Shown: positions 18,826 through 29,900 of the stretch, piece after piece | How positions within the stretch are numbered: position 1 is the stretch's first letter | Layout of the letters: each line of letters starts with the position of its first letter | From: Parvularia atlantis | Lineage: Eukaryota | DNA: 33,633 nucleotides | NCBI GenBank assembly: GCA_943704415.1 | Contig: CALSCO010000869.1 | Location: forward strand, 1 to 33,633 | Direction of reading: 5' to 3' | The notes under the pieces: generated by a model | The model's database searches: none | What the model was told of the DNA's origin: nothing | Seen by the model: the letters and a program-made list of their open reading frames with translations, nothing else | Position numbers and translations under genes: made by a program

Positions 18826-21800
18826 ATGGTATGCACCGTGTTGGCCCTGCGCCGCCGCCGTTGACGCCCGCCGTCCGCCCTCCCGCCGTCCGCCCTCCCG
18901 CAGGACACCAACGGCACGACGTTCCTCTACGTCCCGCCCGACATGGAGGGCGCCGTGGGGATGCCGCCGCCGCCCACGCCGACGTCGCCGCACACGCCCG
19001 TGCGTCGTGGCGCCATCCCCCCTCGTCGACCTGGCGCCAGCTCACGGCGCGCGTGGCACCAGATGTCGGACGACGGCGTCGGCGCGGCGTCTGGCAAGAA
19101 GAAGGGCGTGGCTGCGGGCGCCGGCACCGTGCGCCGCAAGAAGGGCTTCACGGCCGACGAGCCCGCGTCGTCCGCGTCGTCGTCCGTGGCATCGACGTCG
19201 TCGGCGTCCGGCGTGGCGCCGCCTACGAGCGGCAGGGCGCGTTGCCCCGTCGCCGTGCCGTGCCGTGGCGCCCATCTGACGTGCGCGCGCCAGGCCCTCG
19301 CCACGCCTAAGCCGACCAAGACGCCGTCGAGCGGCAGCGTCGACAAGAAGGACGAGTGCGCCGTTGCGCCTTCCTCTCCTTGCTGCTCACGTCGCCCGCC
19401 GACGCAGCCCCGACAAGAGCGCCCGGAAGCTCAAGAAGGCCGCGTCGCAGAAGCAGCTGGGCGCCGCCGCCCTCGACGACCTGGGCGACCCGGCCGCGCT
19501 CAACAGCCCAGGGCCGGACGGTGCGCGCTTGCGGATCACATCGTGCCCCCCCGCACGCGGTCTCACCCGCGCGGGCGCAGACTCGGACCTGCGCGCGACC
19601 CTGTCTGAGGTCATCGCCACGTCGGCCGAGGGCGTCGTCGAGAGCGGCACCGGCACGCTCATGCGCCGCAAGGCCTCGAGCAAGGTGCGCCGCATCGCCC
19701 TGGACACATTGTGCGTCATCCTCACCGTTAGCCGCACAGAGCAAGAGCAACAGCGCCAACACGTCCGACACGATGCTCAACACACCCGGCAGCGCCTCGC
19801 AGCCGCCGTCAGCCACCTCTCCGCTCTTTAGCACCGTCTCGCCCAACGCGGACAGCCTGGTGCGTCCGTGCCGCAGGACGCGTCCGCGCACATGTGCTCA
19901 CACTCCGTGCGCCAGCCTACGTCGGCGTACAACGACGACGATGACGATGACGGCGATGTCATGGTCGGCCGCGAGCCGCACGCGCCGCTGCCCAAGATCG
20001 ACGTCGACATGGCCACGCTCGCCGACAAGCCCAAGTCGGAGCTGCTGGCGGTGAGTGCGGTGCCTGCGCGGCGCCTGCTCAGTGCTGACGCGCGAGCGCG
20101 CGCAGTTCATCGGGTTGATGAGCGAGGTCATGCAGCAGCAGATCAACGAGATCACGCTCGTCATCAGCGAGCGCGACCGCCTGTCAGACATCATCGAGCG
20201 CACCAACTCGTCGCTGCTCGACCTCAAGGTGCGCACGCGTCTGTGAGCGCCCGCGAGCGTGCTCACCGCTCGCGACCACAGCAAAACATCGACCGCACGA
20301 TGATCAAGCACGAGGAGAAGGTCAACGAGTACAAGAACAAGATCAAGACGCTGACCGACCGCCTCACGAAGGAGAAGGAGAAGACGTGCGCGACCCGTCT
20401 GTGCGCGTGCGTGTATGGCGCCGTCTGACCTGGGCGCGCACCGCAGCACCGCCGTGCAGAAGAAGCTCAAGAAGCTCGAGTCGGGCGGCTCAATGCGCGT
20501 CAACTCGGGCGGCTCGAGCAGCTCAAGCATCTCGTCGGGCATGTCGGGCACGGTCCGCGGACGCGCCTCGCTCGCGCGCTACGGCTTTATGCCCGAGGGC
20601 GGCGCCGGCGACTTGGACTCGCTCGGCCCGCGCCGGCCGCAGACCGTGCTCGGCCTGCTAAGCGCGCCGTCAAAGCTGCGGTGCGGCGCGGTGCATGCGA
20701 CATTTCTGTGCGGGCTCACGCTGTCGCGGCCGGCAGCTGGTCCGACAAGGTAAGGAGAGACCGCTCGGTGGTGATCAAAGTCTCGGAGACGTCGCGGCTG
20801 CCCGACCTGAAGCTGTCGGCCAAGGCGGACGACGGTGCGCTTTTTGCGCGCGCTTGGCGAGGGTGGCGCACACTCAGACGGCTGTGCAGGTCTCCTGGTC
20901 GCGATCATGGTGGACGGCAAGGAGATGGCGCGCACGAACTTGGTGCGCGTGCGGCCAGCATGCCCCGGCATCGCTCTGACGTGCAGCGTCCAGGTCATCA
21001 CGAGCTTCGTGTGGAACGAGACATTCACGCTGGACATGCACGCGTTCCACGACGTGCTCGAGCTCGTGCTGCTCACGCGCAAGGGCGGCAAGACGCCCAA
21101 GGAGACGCCCTACGGCATTAGCCGCGTGCGTCGGGACGCGCTCACGCTGGACAGCCACAAGCACGAAGAATGGTTCCCGCTGCGTGAGCCGCGCGACGCC
21201 GTCCCCGAGATCAAGCTCGACGCCGAGATCGTCAAAGCCGAGGAGAAGAACCGCGTGCAGCTCACCGTCAAGGTCGTCTCGGCGCGCAACCTGCGCCGCC
21301 TCCCGCCGATGTATCTGAGCGCCAACCCGGCCATGGTCAACTCGCTCGAGCGCATGAGCCTCAAGACTGACTTCCGCGACCACCGCGACTCGGTCGACAA
21401 GAGGTGCGCGCAAGCGTGCGTGTCGCGCCGGCTGCCGCCCACGCGCGATCTTGTCGTGTTTGCGCGCAGCCTGCCGTTCACGGTCACGAGCCCTGGCGCC
21501 TCATTCGTCTCGGCCTACGCCATCGTCCAGGTCATGCCAGACGACGCCTTTACGTCGGCGCGCCAGACCAAGACCGTGCCGACCAACAACGACCCGATTT
21601 TCAACGAGGTGCGTCCTGTGCCTGCTGCTGGCGTGTTGTCCCTCACCGCTGCGCGCAGACGTTCACCTTCACGCTCTCGTCCGACGCTGCCAAGAAGGGC
21701 TACCTGTACGTGTCGCTGTGGTCGTCCGACGTGCGCCGCCCGCTTGCGCACACCCGCGTTGCGCGCTGGCTCACGCCGGCCCACCCGCCTGCAGAATCAG

Positions 21801-24338
21801 GAGCACGACTTTCTCGGGCAGACGATGCTGCCGCTGCGCGATTTTGAGGAGAGGTGCGCGCGGCGCCCGTTCATGTGTCGCGCGTAGCTGACAGGAAGGA
21901 TGGGCGCACGCACAGCTGCCGCAGGCTGCAGCACCTGTCGTTCATGCCGCTGGCCACGCGTGCGGGCGGCGGCATGTCGTCGTCCATGTCGGGCACGAGC
22001 CTCAGCACGACGTTCTCCGGCACCGACTCGGTCCGCGGGCGGCCGGCCGCGCTCGCGGCGGCACAGCAGGCTGTGCAGATGGGCGGTGCGCGCGTGATGC
22101 GCACATGATGCGCGGGAGGGGCTGTACTGACGCCGCGAGCGCAGCGACCGTGAGCTTTGGGCAGCTCACGCGCCTGCAGGAGCGCGTGATGCTGTCGGCG
22201 AGCAAGGCCGCGCAGGACGCGGCATCGGTCGTGCTGACGGGCAGCACGCTCGTGGTTGCGCCCAAGATGGGCCACGGGCACGCCAACATGTCGTCGCACA
22301 AGCTCACGACGCCGCAGCCGTGCGAGGTCTGCGGTGGGCTGCTGCTGCCCAACCCAGAGACGTGCGTGCTCTGCTGCTGCACCGCGCGGCCGACCATGCT
22401 GACTGCGACGCGCGCCAAAGGCCTGTGCGCCGCTGCGTCGACTGCAACGTGTGCTTCCACCCGCTGTGCGAGCCGCTTGCGACGGGCGAATGCGTGACCA
22501 ACATGGGCCTGCTGCGCTTCTCGTTCAAGTGCGCTGCCGCCCGGGAAACGCACGTACGGCGCCGTGCTGACTGACCGGGATCGTGCAGGTACGTTGAGGA
22601 GCTGATCCTGCCGTATGGCGCGTACAACAACCTGCTCGAGCTGCTGACGGACGAGAACCTGCTCGTGCTGACGTCGCTGGCCAAGGTCTGCGAGCAGCTC
22701 GAGGAGGTCGCGACGACGCTGCTCAACATCTTCGAGTCCCAGGTGCGCTCGGCCGTTTGCACACGCGCACCTGGCTGACGCACGCACGCGCCCGCAGGGC
22801 TCAGCCATCCGCTACATGACGCAGCTGATGGCGCACGAGATCAAGTCGACGCGCGACCCCAACACGATCTTCCGCGGCAACTCGCTCGCGTCCAAGTCGA
22901 TGGACGCCTTCATGAAGGTCGTCGGGCGTGACTACCTCAAGTCGGTGCTCAAGTCGACGATCGACGAGATCTTTGCCGAGAAGAAGGCGTGCGAGATCGA
23001 CCCGTCCAAGATCGACACGATGGTGCGCCCGCCGCGGCCCAAGCGGCTCGTCTGCTGACGTGAGCCGCGCTGCGCCAGGGCAAGATGGACAAGGCCGCGA
23101 TCGACGACGCACAGAAACGCAACATGAAGACGCTCGTGGGCTACGTGCGCAAGATGCTCGACATGATCTTTGAGTCGGTCGACCGGTGCCCGCGGCCCAT
23201 GCGCGAGCTGTTTTCGTTCCTGCAGGAGGAGGTGACCAAGTGCTTCCCCGACGACCCGCAGACGCGCTACTCGGCCGTGAGCGGGTTCATCTTCCTGCGG
23301 TGCGTGCGCATGCCTCGCGCGCGACCTGCGCCGCTCACGCACAGGCGACGCGCGCAGCTTCTTCTGCCCGTGCGTTCTCGGGCCAAAGCTGTTTGGGCTG
23401 CGTGACGACATCCCTGACGCGGTGCGCCGCGCATACCGTTCGCTTTGCGGCGGCTGACGCCCGGCCCGCAGACTATCAACCGCACGCTCACGCTCGCGGC
23501 CAAGATCCTGCAGAATCTGGCCAGCGGCGTCGAGTTTGGGCAGAAGGAGTGCGTGCTCTCGCCGGTCGGCCATGCCGCGCTCACGTGGCGCGCACAGGCC
23601 GTTCATGGCGGACCTGAACAAGTTCATCACGAGCGAGCGCGAGACCATGCGCATGTTCATCGACACGCTGTCCAACAACCTGATCACGGCGCGCGAGCGT
23701 GTGGTAGAGCTCGAGCAGAAGATCGAGCTGCAGCAGAAGATCATGGACGGCGTGAGCAACATGCACAAAGTGCTCAAGGTGTGCAGCGCGCTCGCTGGTG
23801 TGCGGGCCCGCGCTGACGCCATCGCGCGCAGAACGTCGAGCCGTACGACAAAAAGTCGCAGGCGCAGGTCAAGCTGAACTTGCAGGAGTCGCGCGACCAC
23901 CTGCAGGCAATGGTGCGCGACCTGGAGCGGCTCAAGCGCATGTGCAAGCCCACCAGCGACGAGGCACCGTGCGTGCCGCGGCCTCTGCTGGTGCTGCGTG
24001 CGCTGTCTGAGCACGCCGCCGCCAGGGTCGACTCGGGCATCACCGACTATGGCCGTCTGTTTGTCGTCGACGTTGAGAAGGAGCTTGCGGCGGTTCACCG
24101 CCACCTGCGCAGCCGCAAGGAGGCCGTGCTCAAGGTGCTCGAGGGCAACGGCGACGACGCGTCGCTGGCCACCGCGGTCGACCTCGTGAGCGTGCTCGAC
24201 CAGCTGGACGACCTGCGCGTGCGCCTGCTGACCGAGGTGCGTGCGTGCGATTGCCCGTGTGCGTGCGTGGCTGACGGGCGTGCGCGGGTGCAGGAGGGCG
24301 CGCGCAGCTCGCAGACGAGTGGGAGCGCATGGGTCTGA
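18826..24338 (+). CDS. Ras GTPase-activating protein: coiled coil, C2, C2 with C1 zinc finger, RasGAP, HR1-like insert (about 28 exons)
   Basis: Arginine finger IFRGNSLASK; FLR|FFCPCVLGPKLFGL; LAAKILQNLAS; C2 motifs VWNETF and PIFNETF; C1 H..CEVC..CVDC..HPLC..C. Likely start is ATG|GTATGC at 18826 with intron 18829-18903. Confidence 0.88.
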
Positions 24339-24364
24339 TCGGTTGCCCGTCTCTTATGTGCACT

Positions 24365-24365
<1 letters not shown>

Positions 24366-24395
<30 letters not shown>
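24366..24395. repeat. (CT)n microsatellite in the convergent 3' gap
   Basis: Directly visible. Confidence 0.95.
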
Positions 24396-24400
<5 letters not shown>

Positions 24401-24434
24401 TCTCTGCGCTTGTACCCTTACCCTTCCCTTGGCA

Positions 24435-25553
24435 TCATTCGTCTCTGAACGCGCGCTCGGCCGCGTCGACGCGCCCCGTCCACCCGACGTCGCCGCCGCG
24501 CGCCTCTCTTAGCCGCGCAAACAGCGCACGGACCTCTGCGCGCAGATCAGCAGCGGCATCTCGCGGCAGGAGACAGGCGGCGCACCGTCCAGCTGCGCGC
24601 GCGACAGGAAGAGGCGGTTGACGGCGAAGCGGGCGAGGCGCGGCACGGCCTCGATCAGCGCGAGGGCGGCGTCGCGGTTGTCGCGGCTGCTTCGCTCGAC
24701 CGCAGCGCGCAGCACGCCGACGATGCGCGCGAGCTTGTCGCCGTCGAGGCCGTCGCCGACGAGGCGCGGGAGGGCGTCGGGCCCGATGCGCTGCGGTTGC
24801 CGTCGCGCGAGACGTTTTGAGCGCGGCGGTACCCGCACGGCAGCGCGCCTCACACACCGCGAGGTAGGCGAAGGCGACGGCGTCGTCGCGCGCCACGCTG
24901 CGCCAGTGCTTCTCAAAGTCGAAGGACGAGCGAGGGTGTGTCTCGGGCATGAGCGCTGCTGCTGCGCGTGGTTGAGAAGGTGCTGCTTGAGAGGGTGGAG
25001 CTGATGGTGCCGCCGCAGCAGCTGCTGATCGTGAAGGCTGAGCGGGCGCGGGCACGACTGGCGGCAGGGCAGCCGCAGCAGGCACGGCAGCAGCAGCAGG
25101 TGCGGCAGCAGGCACAGCAGCAGATGGCACGGCAGCAGCAGGAGGCACGGCAGCAGGCACGGCAGATGGCACGACCACCGATGCAGCAGACGAGAGGACG
25201 GCCTCGAGGTCACGCGCAATGTCGCGGTTGCCCGGCTCGTCGCGCAGCGCCCTGCGCAGATCGGCGGCGGCGGCGTCGAGGCGTCCGAGGGCGCGCGCGG
25301 CCGTGGCGCGTCGCCAGCGCGCCTTGACGGCCACGGCAGCGTCGGCGCCGTCGAGGGCCGCGAGGGCCGCGTCGCACGCCCCGATCGCCGTGTCCCACCG
25401 GTGCAGCCGCAGCAGCGCCAGCGCCCGGTTGGCGTGCACCCGACCGGCCTCGGCGGGCGGCAGCGGGCCGAGCAGCGCGGCGTCGTACGCCGCCAGCGCC
25501 CCGCTCGCGTCGCCGGCCGCGAGCAGCGTGTTGCCGCGCGTCTTGTGGTCCAT
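24435..25553 (-). CDS. TPR co-chaperone with RPAP3_C domain (RPAP3/SPAG1-like, R2TP-related), 3 exons
   Basis: Carboxylate-clamp TPR ([25 protein letters not shown]); Ala/Pro linker; [12 protein letters not shown] and [10 protein letters not shown] typical of RPAP3_C. Confidence 0.8.
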   Translation of the reverse strand: MDHKTRGNTLLAAGDASGALAAYDAALLGPLPPAEAGRVHANRALALLRLHRWDTAIGACDAALAALDGADAAVAVKARWRRATAARALGRLDAAAADLRRALRDEPGNRDIARDLEAVLSSAASVVVPSAVPAAVPPAAAVPSAAVPAAAPAAAAVPAAAALPPVVPAPAQPSRSAAAAAAPSAPPSQAAPSQPRAAAALMPETHPRSSFDFEKHWRSVARDDAVAFAYLAVCEARCRAGTAALKTSRATATAAHRARRPPAPRRRRPRRRQARAHRRRAARCGRAKQPRQPRRRPRADRGRAAPRPLRRQPPLPVARAAGRCAACLLPRDAAADLRAEVRALFARLREARGGDVGWTGRVDAAERAFRDE

Positions 25554-25581
25554 CGGTGTGAAGTGCGCTCACTGGTGGCAA

Positions 25582-25625
25582 GGGCACGGCTGACGGGCAC
25601 GGCTGACGGGCACGGCTGACGGGCA
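25582..25625. repeat. 13-bp tandem repeat GGGCACGGCTGAC x3 plus a partial copy
   Basis: Directly visible, just upstream of the TPR gene ATG. Confidence 0.9.
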
Positions 25626-25736
25626 AGACGGGCACAACCAAGCTGCACACAAGGCTGCACACGAGCGCCCACGACACACAGCCACCCTCCACCGACCACC
25701 GTCCACACGCCGCGCCCACCGCACCGCACCCGCGGC

Positions 25737-26638
25737 TCAGTCGGCGCCGACAGAGACCTTCTTCGAACCGCGCAGCCGGCCCGTGCGCCGGGCGGCGATG
25801 AGACCGACCTTGCGACCAGCCGGCGTGTCGCGGCGGACGGTCGAGGGCTTGCCGATGTGCTGGTGGTTGCCACCACCGTGCGGGTGGTCGACGGGCTGCG
25901 GCGCAGCGTGTGCGAGCGTGAGCGTGCCCGTCGCGCGATCATCGCCACGGCCAAGCGACGCACGTTCATGGCCACACCGCGCACGTACGGCCACGAGTTG
26001 CGCTTGACCTTGTACTTGTGGTAGGCGCGGCCGGCCTTGAGGATGGGCTTGTCGGTACGGCCGCCGCCGGCGACGATGCCGACGGTCGCGCGGCACTGCT
26101 GCGACAGGACCTTCTTGGAGCCCGAGGGCAGGCGCACGCGCGTCTTGCCCGTGTCGTTGTTGTGGGTGAGGATCGTGGCGTAGTTGCCCGACGAGCGCGC
26201 GAGCGCGCCGCGGTCGCCGACCTTCTCCTCCACGTTGCTGATGATGGTGCCCTCGGGCATGGCCCCGAGCGGGATCACGTTGCCGACCGTCAGCGCCGCC
26301 TTCTTGCCGGCGTAGATAAACTGGCCGGTGTAGGTGCCCTCGGCCGCCACGAACAGCTCTTTCCTCAGCTTGTACCGGTACGGGTCGCGGAACACGACCT
26401 TGGCGAGGGGCGCGCCGCGGCCGGGGTCGTGGATGATCTCGCGCACGACGCCCTTGATGTAGCCGTTGCTGCCGACGAGCACTTCAGCCCGCGGCCGCAC
26501 GAGCAGCAGCCGCAACACGCGCACGCACCGCTCGGCAAAGTCCAGCGAGCGGTACTTGGCCGCGCCCTTGCGGTGGTGCGTGTGCGCCGTGAAGACGCTG
26601 CCCGCGCCCTTGCGCTGTCCGCGAATGCGGCGACCCAT
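25737..26638 (-). CDS. RPL8: 60S ribosomal protein L8 (uL2), 3 coding exons
   Basis: [63 protein letters not shown]. Confidence 0.98.
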
Positions 26639-26657
26639 GTGTGCTTTGTCGGGGTTG

Positions 26658-26810
26658 CTGCGTGTGTGCGCGCGCGCGCTCGCGTGAGCCGCGCACGGGG
26701 GATGGATGGGCGTGCGGATGGGCCGGATGGGCGCGCGCGCGCGGCCGCGGATGCGCCGGATGGGCACGGCGCGCGCGCGCGCGAGAAGCGACGCTGAGCG
26801 GGACACGCAC
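26658..26810 (-). other. Predicted 153-nt 5' UTR intron of RPL8
   Basis: AAG|GTGCGT donor at 26810, GCTCAC branch site, CACGCAG acceptor 19 nt before the ATG. Confidence 0.7.
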
Positions 26811-26816
26811 CTTCGC

Positions 26817-26825
26817 GAAAGAGAC
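26817..26825 (-). promoter_or_regulatory. TCT-initiator / 5'TOP-like pyrimidine tract of RPL8
   Basis: GTCTCTTTC immediately upstream of the predicted 5' UTR intron donor. Confidence 0.5.
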
Positions 26826-26931
26826 AGGCATTGGCCACGATGGCGGGGGTTGCGTGACGGGGTCTGAGGGCGTTTCCTGCGGCGGCGCGTGGACTCATGC
26901 TTCTCACTTTGCGCTGATCGCGAGAGCGGCG

Positions 26932-29900
26932 ATGGTCATGGGCGGGCAGAGCGGCGCGAGAGGCGCGTCGGGCGCGGCGCCGCCGTCGCCGGGCCGCGCG
27001 CCGGCGCCCACGAGCGACGCCGCCGTGGCGCTCGACTGGTCTGGCGTCCGCCCCGTCGCGTCGGAGCAGGCGCGCGCCGTCTGCCGTGACGCGCAGTGCG
27101 GAAGCGTGACGTGCTGACGTGCGCCGCGCCCGCAGCGCCTCCTGCTGCTCGGCATGGGCTTCGACGCGCCCGAGGTCGACTACGCGCTGCAGGTGGCCTG
27201 GCTCGGTGCCGTCGTCGCGCACGGGATGCGCGGCTTAACAGACGGCGCGCGCCGCGCAGATGCGGCCGGGCAACGTCGAGGACGCGCTGTCATACATCCT
27301 CGAGCACCGGCAAGACAGGCCGTGGGAGTCGAAGGCGCGCGTCCGTCACGGTCGTACCGGCGCCTGCTGAGCCGCCGCGCGCGATGTGACAGAGCCTGCT
27401 TGGCCCGCTGCCGTCCGTGCACCACCCAACGCCGGCCCCGCCCGCCTCGTCGCCGACGATGCTGCCGCCGCTGCCGCCGCTGCCGTCGGTGCCGTCGACC
27501 GCGGTCGTGCCGTACAGGCCAGGTGCGCGTCGCGCGTGTCAGCGGCCTACCCTAGCTCACGCGCGCGTGCACGGCGCAGACCGCACGCCGGTGGATCCGA
27601 TGCTGCGTGCGTCAACGTGCAAATCTCGCGCGTGACACTGATCGCGCTCGCCACGGCCAGCCCAGGGCAAGGACGACGACCTATCTGAGGCGATCGAGCG
27701 TAGCAAGCAATCGCAGGTGGCGTAGCGTGCGGGGCCGTGTGATCCCGCTCGTGCTCACGTGGACGCGCGAGCAGCAAGAGCAGGACGTCAATAAGGCCAT
27801 TGAGGCGTCGCTCGCCTCGGCCAGCGCAAGCGGCATCGGCGGGACGCGCGCGCTCGGCGCATCCGAGTACCTGCGCAACGAGGACCCGGCCGACCCGTTC
27901 AAGCGCACGCGCGAGGGCGACATGCCCGTGGGCCTGAAAAACGTCGGCAACACGTGCTACGTCAACTCGCTGCTGCAGGCCTACTTCTTCCTCAACGTCT
28001 TCCGCGACTGCATCTTCGCATGCCAGGATGACGCGCCGGCCTCGTGGGACGATTTCAACAGCAACGTGTCGCCCACCGGCATCGACAAGAGCGGCTCGTT
28101 CTCGGCCGCGCACGAGATCGGCGACGCCCCGGGCGAGTCGCTCAAGCGCAAGGCCGAGTCGCACCTGAGCGAGCGGCGCGACAACTCGCTGCGCTGTGCG
28201 TCGACCGCTCGCATGCCTGTCCGCATGCCTGTCCGTTGAGCCCGGTGCGCGCAGTCCTGTTCCACCTGCAGCGCCTGTTTGGGTTCCTGCTCGCGTCGCG
28301 GCGCAAGTACATTGACCCGACGCCGCTGCTGGACTCGCTGCGGGACGAGCGCGGGCAGCGCGTGGCCGTTGGCAACCAGGAGGACATCGGCGGTGCGGCA
28401 CCGTGGCCTGCCTGCGTGGTCGGCTGCTCACGTCGTCCGAGCGCAGAGTTCAACCACCTGTTCCTCGACAACCTCGAGACGGCCATCAAGGACGTGCAGG
28501 CGTCACCGCAGCGCGCCATCGCGGCCGCTAGCGACGAGAACATGCACCCGGCGGTGCGTCCGTGACGTGGGCGCCGCTGATCTGACCGTCTAGGCCGCAG
28601 CTGCAGGACTCGCAGGCGACGCAGGCCATGGTGCGCGCGTCCTGCGCTCTTGTCGGTCGCTAGCTGACGCTGAAGTGCGCACACAGGATGCGATGCCGAC
28701 GCAGTCGATGGTGCAGCGAGCAGCGGGCGCGCGCACGCACTGACCTCCGTTCGGCGCGCACAGGATGTGGCCATGGAAGCGGTCGTCGCGGCAAAGGACG
28801 ACCCGTTGGCGCGGCTGAAGCGGTATGTGCGCCCTTTGTGTGTCATGGTGCGCGTGGGAGCTCATCACAGTCGTGCGCGCAGCATCTTCTTCGGGCGGCT
28901 GCGGTCCGAGGTGAGCATGTCGGCCGCACCCGCACAGAACGGCGAGTCTGCCGCGCTGGTGCCGGCCGAGCCGCTGGTGAACGAGGAGCAGTTTGCCGAA
29001 GTGGTGCGCGGCCGTATGCCCTTGCGTTCTGTCGGCTGAACTGGCTCGTACACCAGCTGCTCAGCGTGGAGGGGCAAAAGTCGCTCTACTCGGCGCTGGA
29101 CTACTTCACGGCGCCCGCAGCGCTCGAGAACTTCAAGGCGCGTGCGCTCCGTTGTACGACGGCGCCGTCTGACGTGCTTGCACAGACGGCGCAGGGTCAA
29201 CCCGTGTCGGCCACGAAGCAGTACTGGTTCACGGCGTTGCCGCAGATGCTGCTGTTCCAGCTGCAGCGCGTACGGTACTCGAAGGAGGTGCGTGCACGCG
29301 CGCTCACGCGTACGTGCTCCGCGTGGCGGCTCACGCGTGTTGCAGTCGGGCAAGCTCGTCAAGATCCACTCGCGCCTGCAGTTCCGCAAGGAGCTCGTGA
29401 TGGACCGCTACCTCGAGAGCAATCGTGCGCTCGTCGGCAAGCTGCGGGGCGACAGCGAGCGCCTCAACCAGGAGTGCGCGCAGCTCGAGGCGCAGCTGGA
29501 CAAGTACACGCACTTCCTGGTGCGCTCGTGCATGTTGCGGACGCGAACCGAGCGCTCACGTGGCGTGGCAGGGGCGGACAGTCAGCGTCGAGGACATTTT
29601 GCACGGCGCAGAGGCCTTCTTCCGGCTGGTGCCGCCGGCCGGCGACGCAGTTCCATTGCCCAATGGCCGACCGCTCGAGCACGGCGGTGTGCAGGACGCG
29701 GACGGCGCAGTCGTGGTCAGCAGCGCAGGCGCACCGGGGCCCATGCCGCAACTCGGGTCACAGGTGCGGGCCGGTGACGGCGTGCGCAGCCCGCGCCCTG
29801 ACACAAGTCTGCGCGCGCAGGATGCGGTCGTGGTGCCCAAGCTCGTTGAGGTGCTGCACGCGCAGGCCCACCTCGTGACGCAGCGCATGCGAGGTTGCGC

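Noticed and set aside
20030..20390. FEZ/UNC-76-like motif in the RasGAP N-terminal coiled coil
   Set aside because: The resemblance (EL..RDxL..N) is too weak to separate from a generic coiled coil without a profile search.
24950..25190. Compositionally distinct stretch in the RPAP3-like gene as foreign or mobile DNA
   Set aside because: It is in frame and consists of slippage-expanded Ala/Pro/Val codons forming a linker; there are no element ends.
26658..26810. Intronic snoRNA in the long RPL8 leader intron
   Set aside because: No C box (RTGATGA) or D box (CTGA) on the sense strand and no convincing H/ACA layout.
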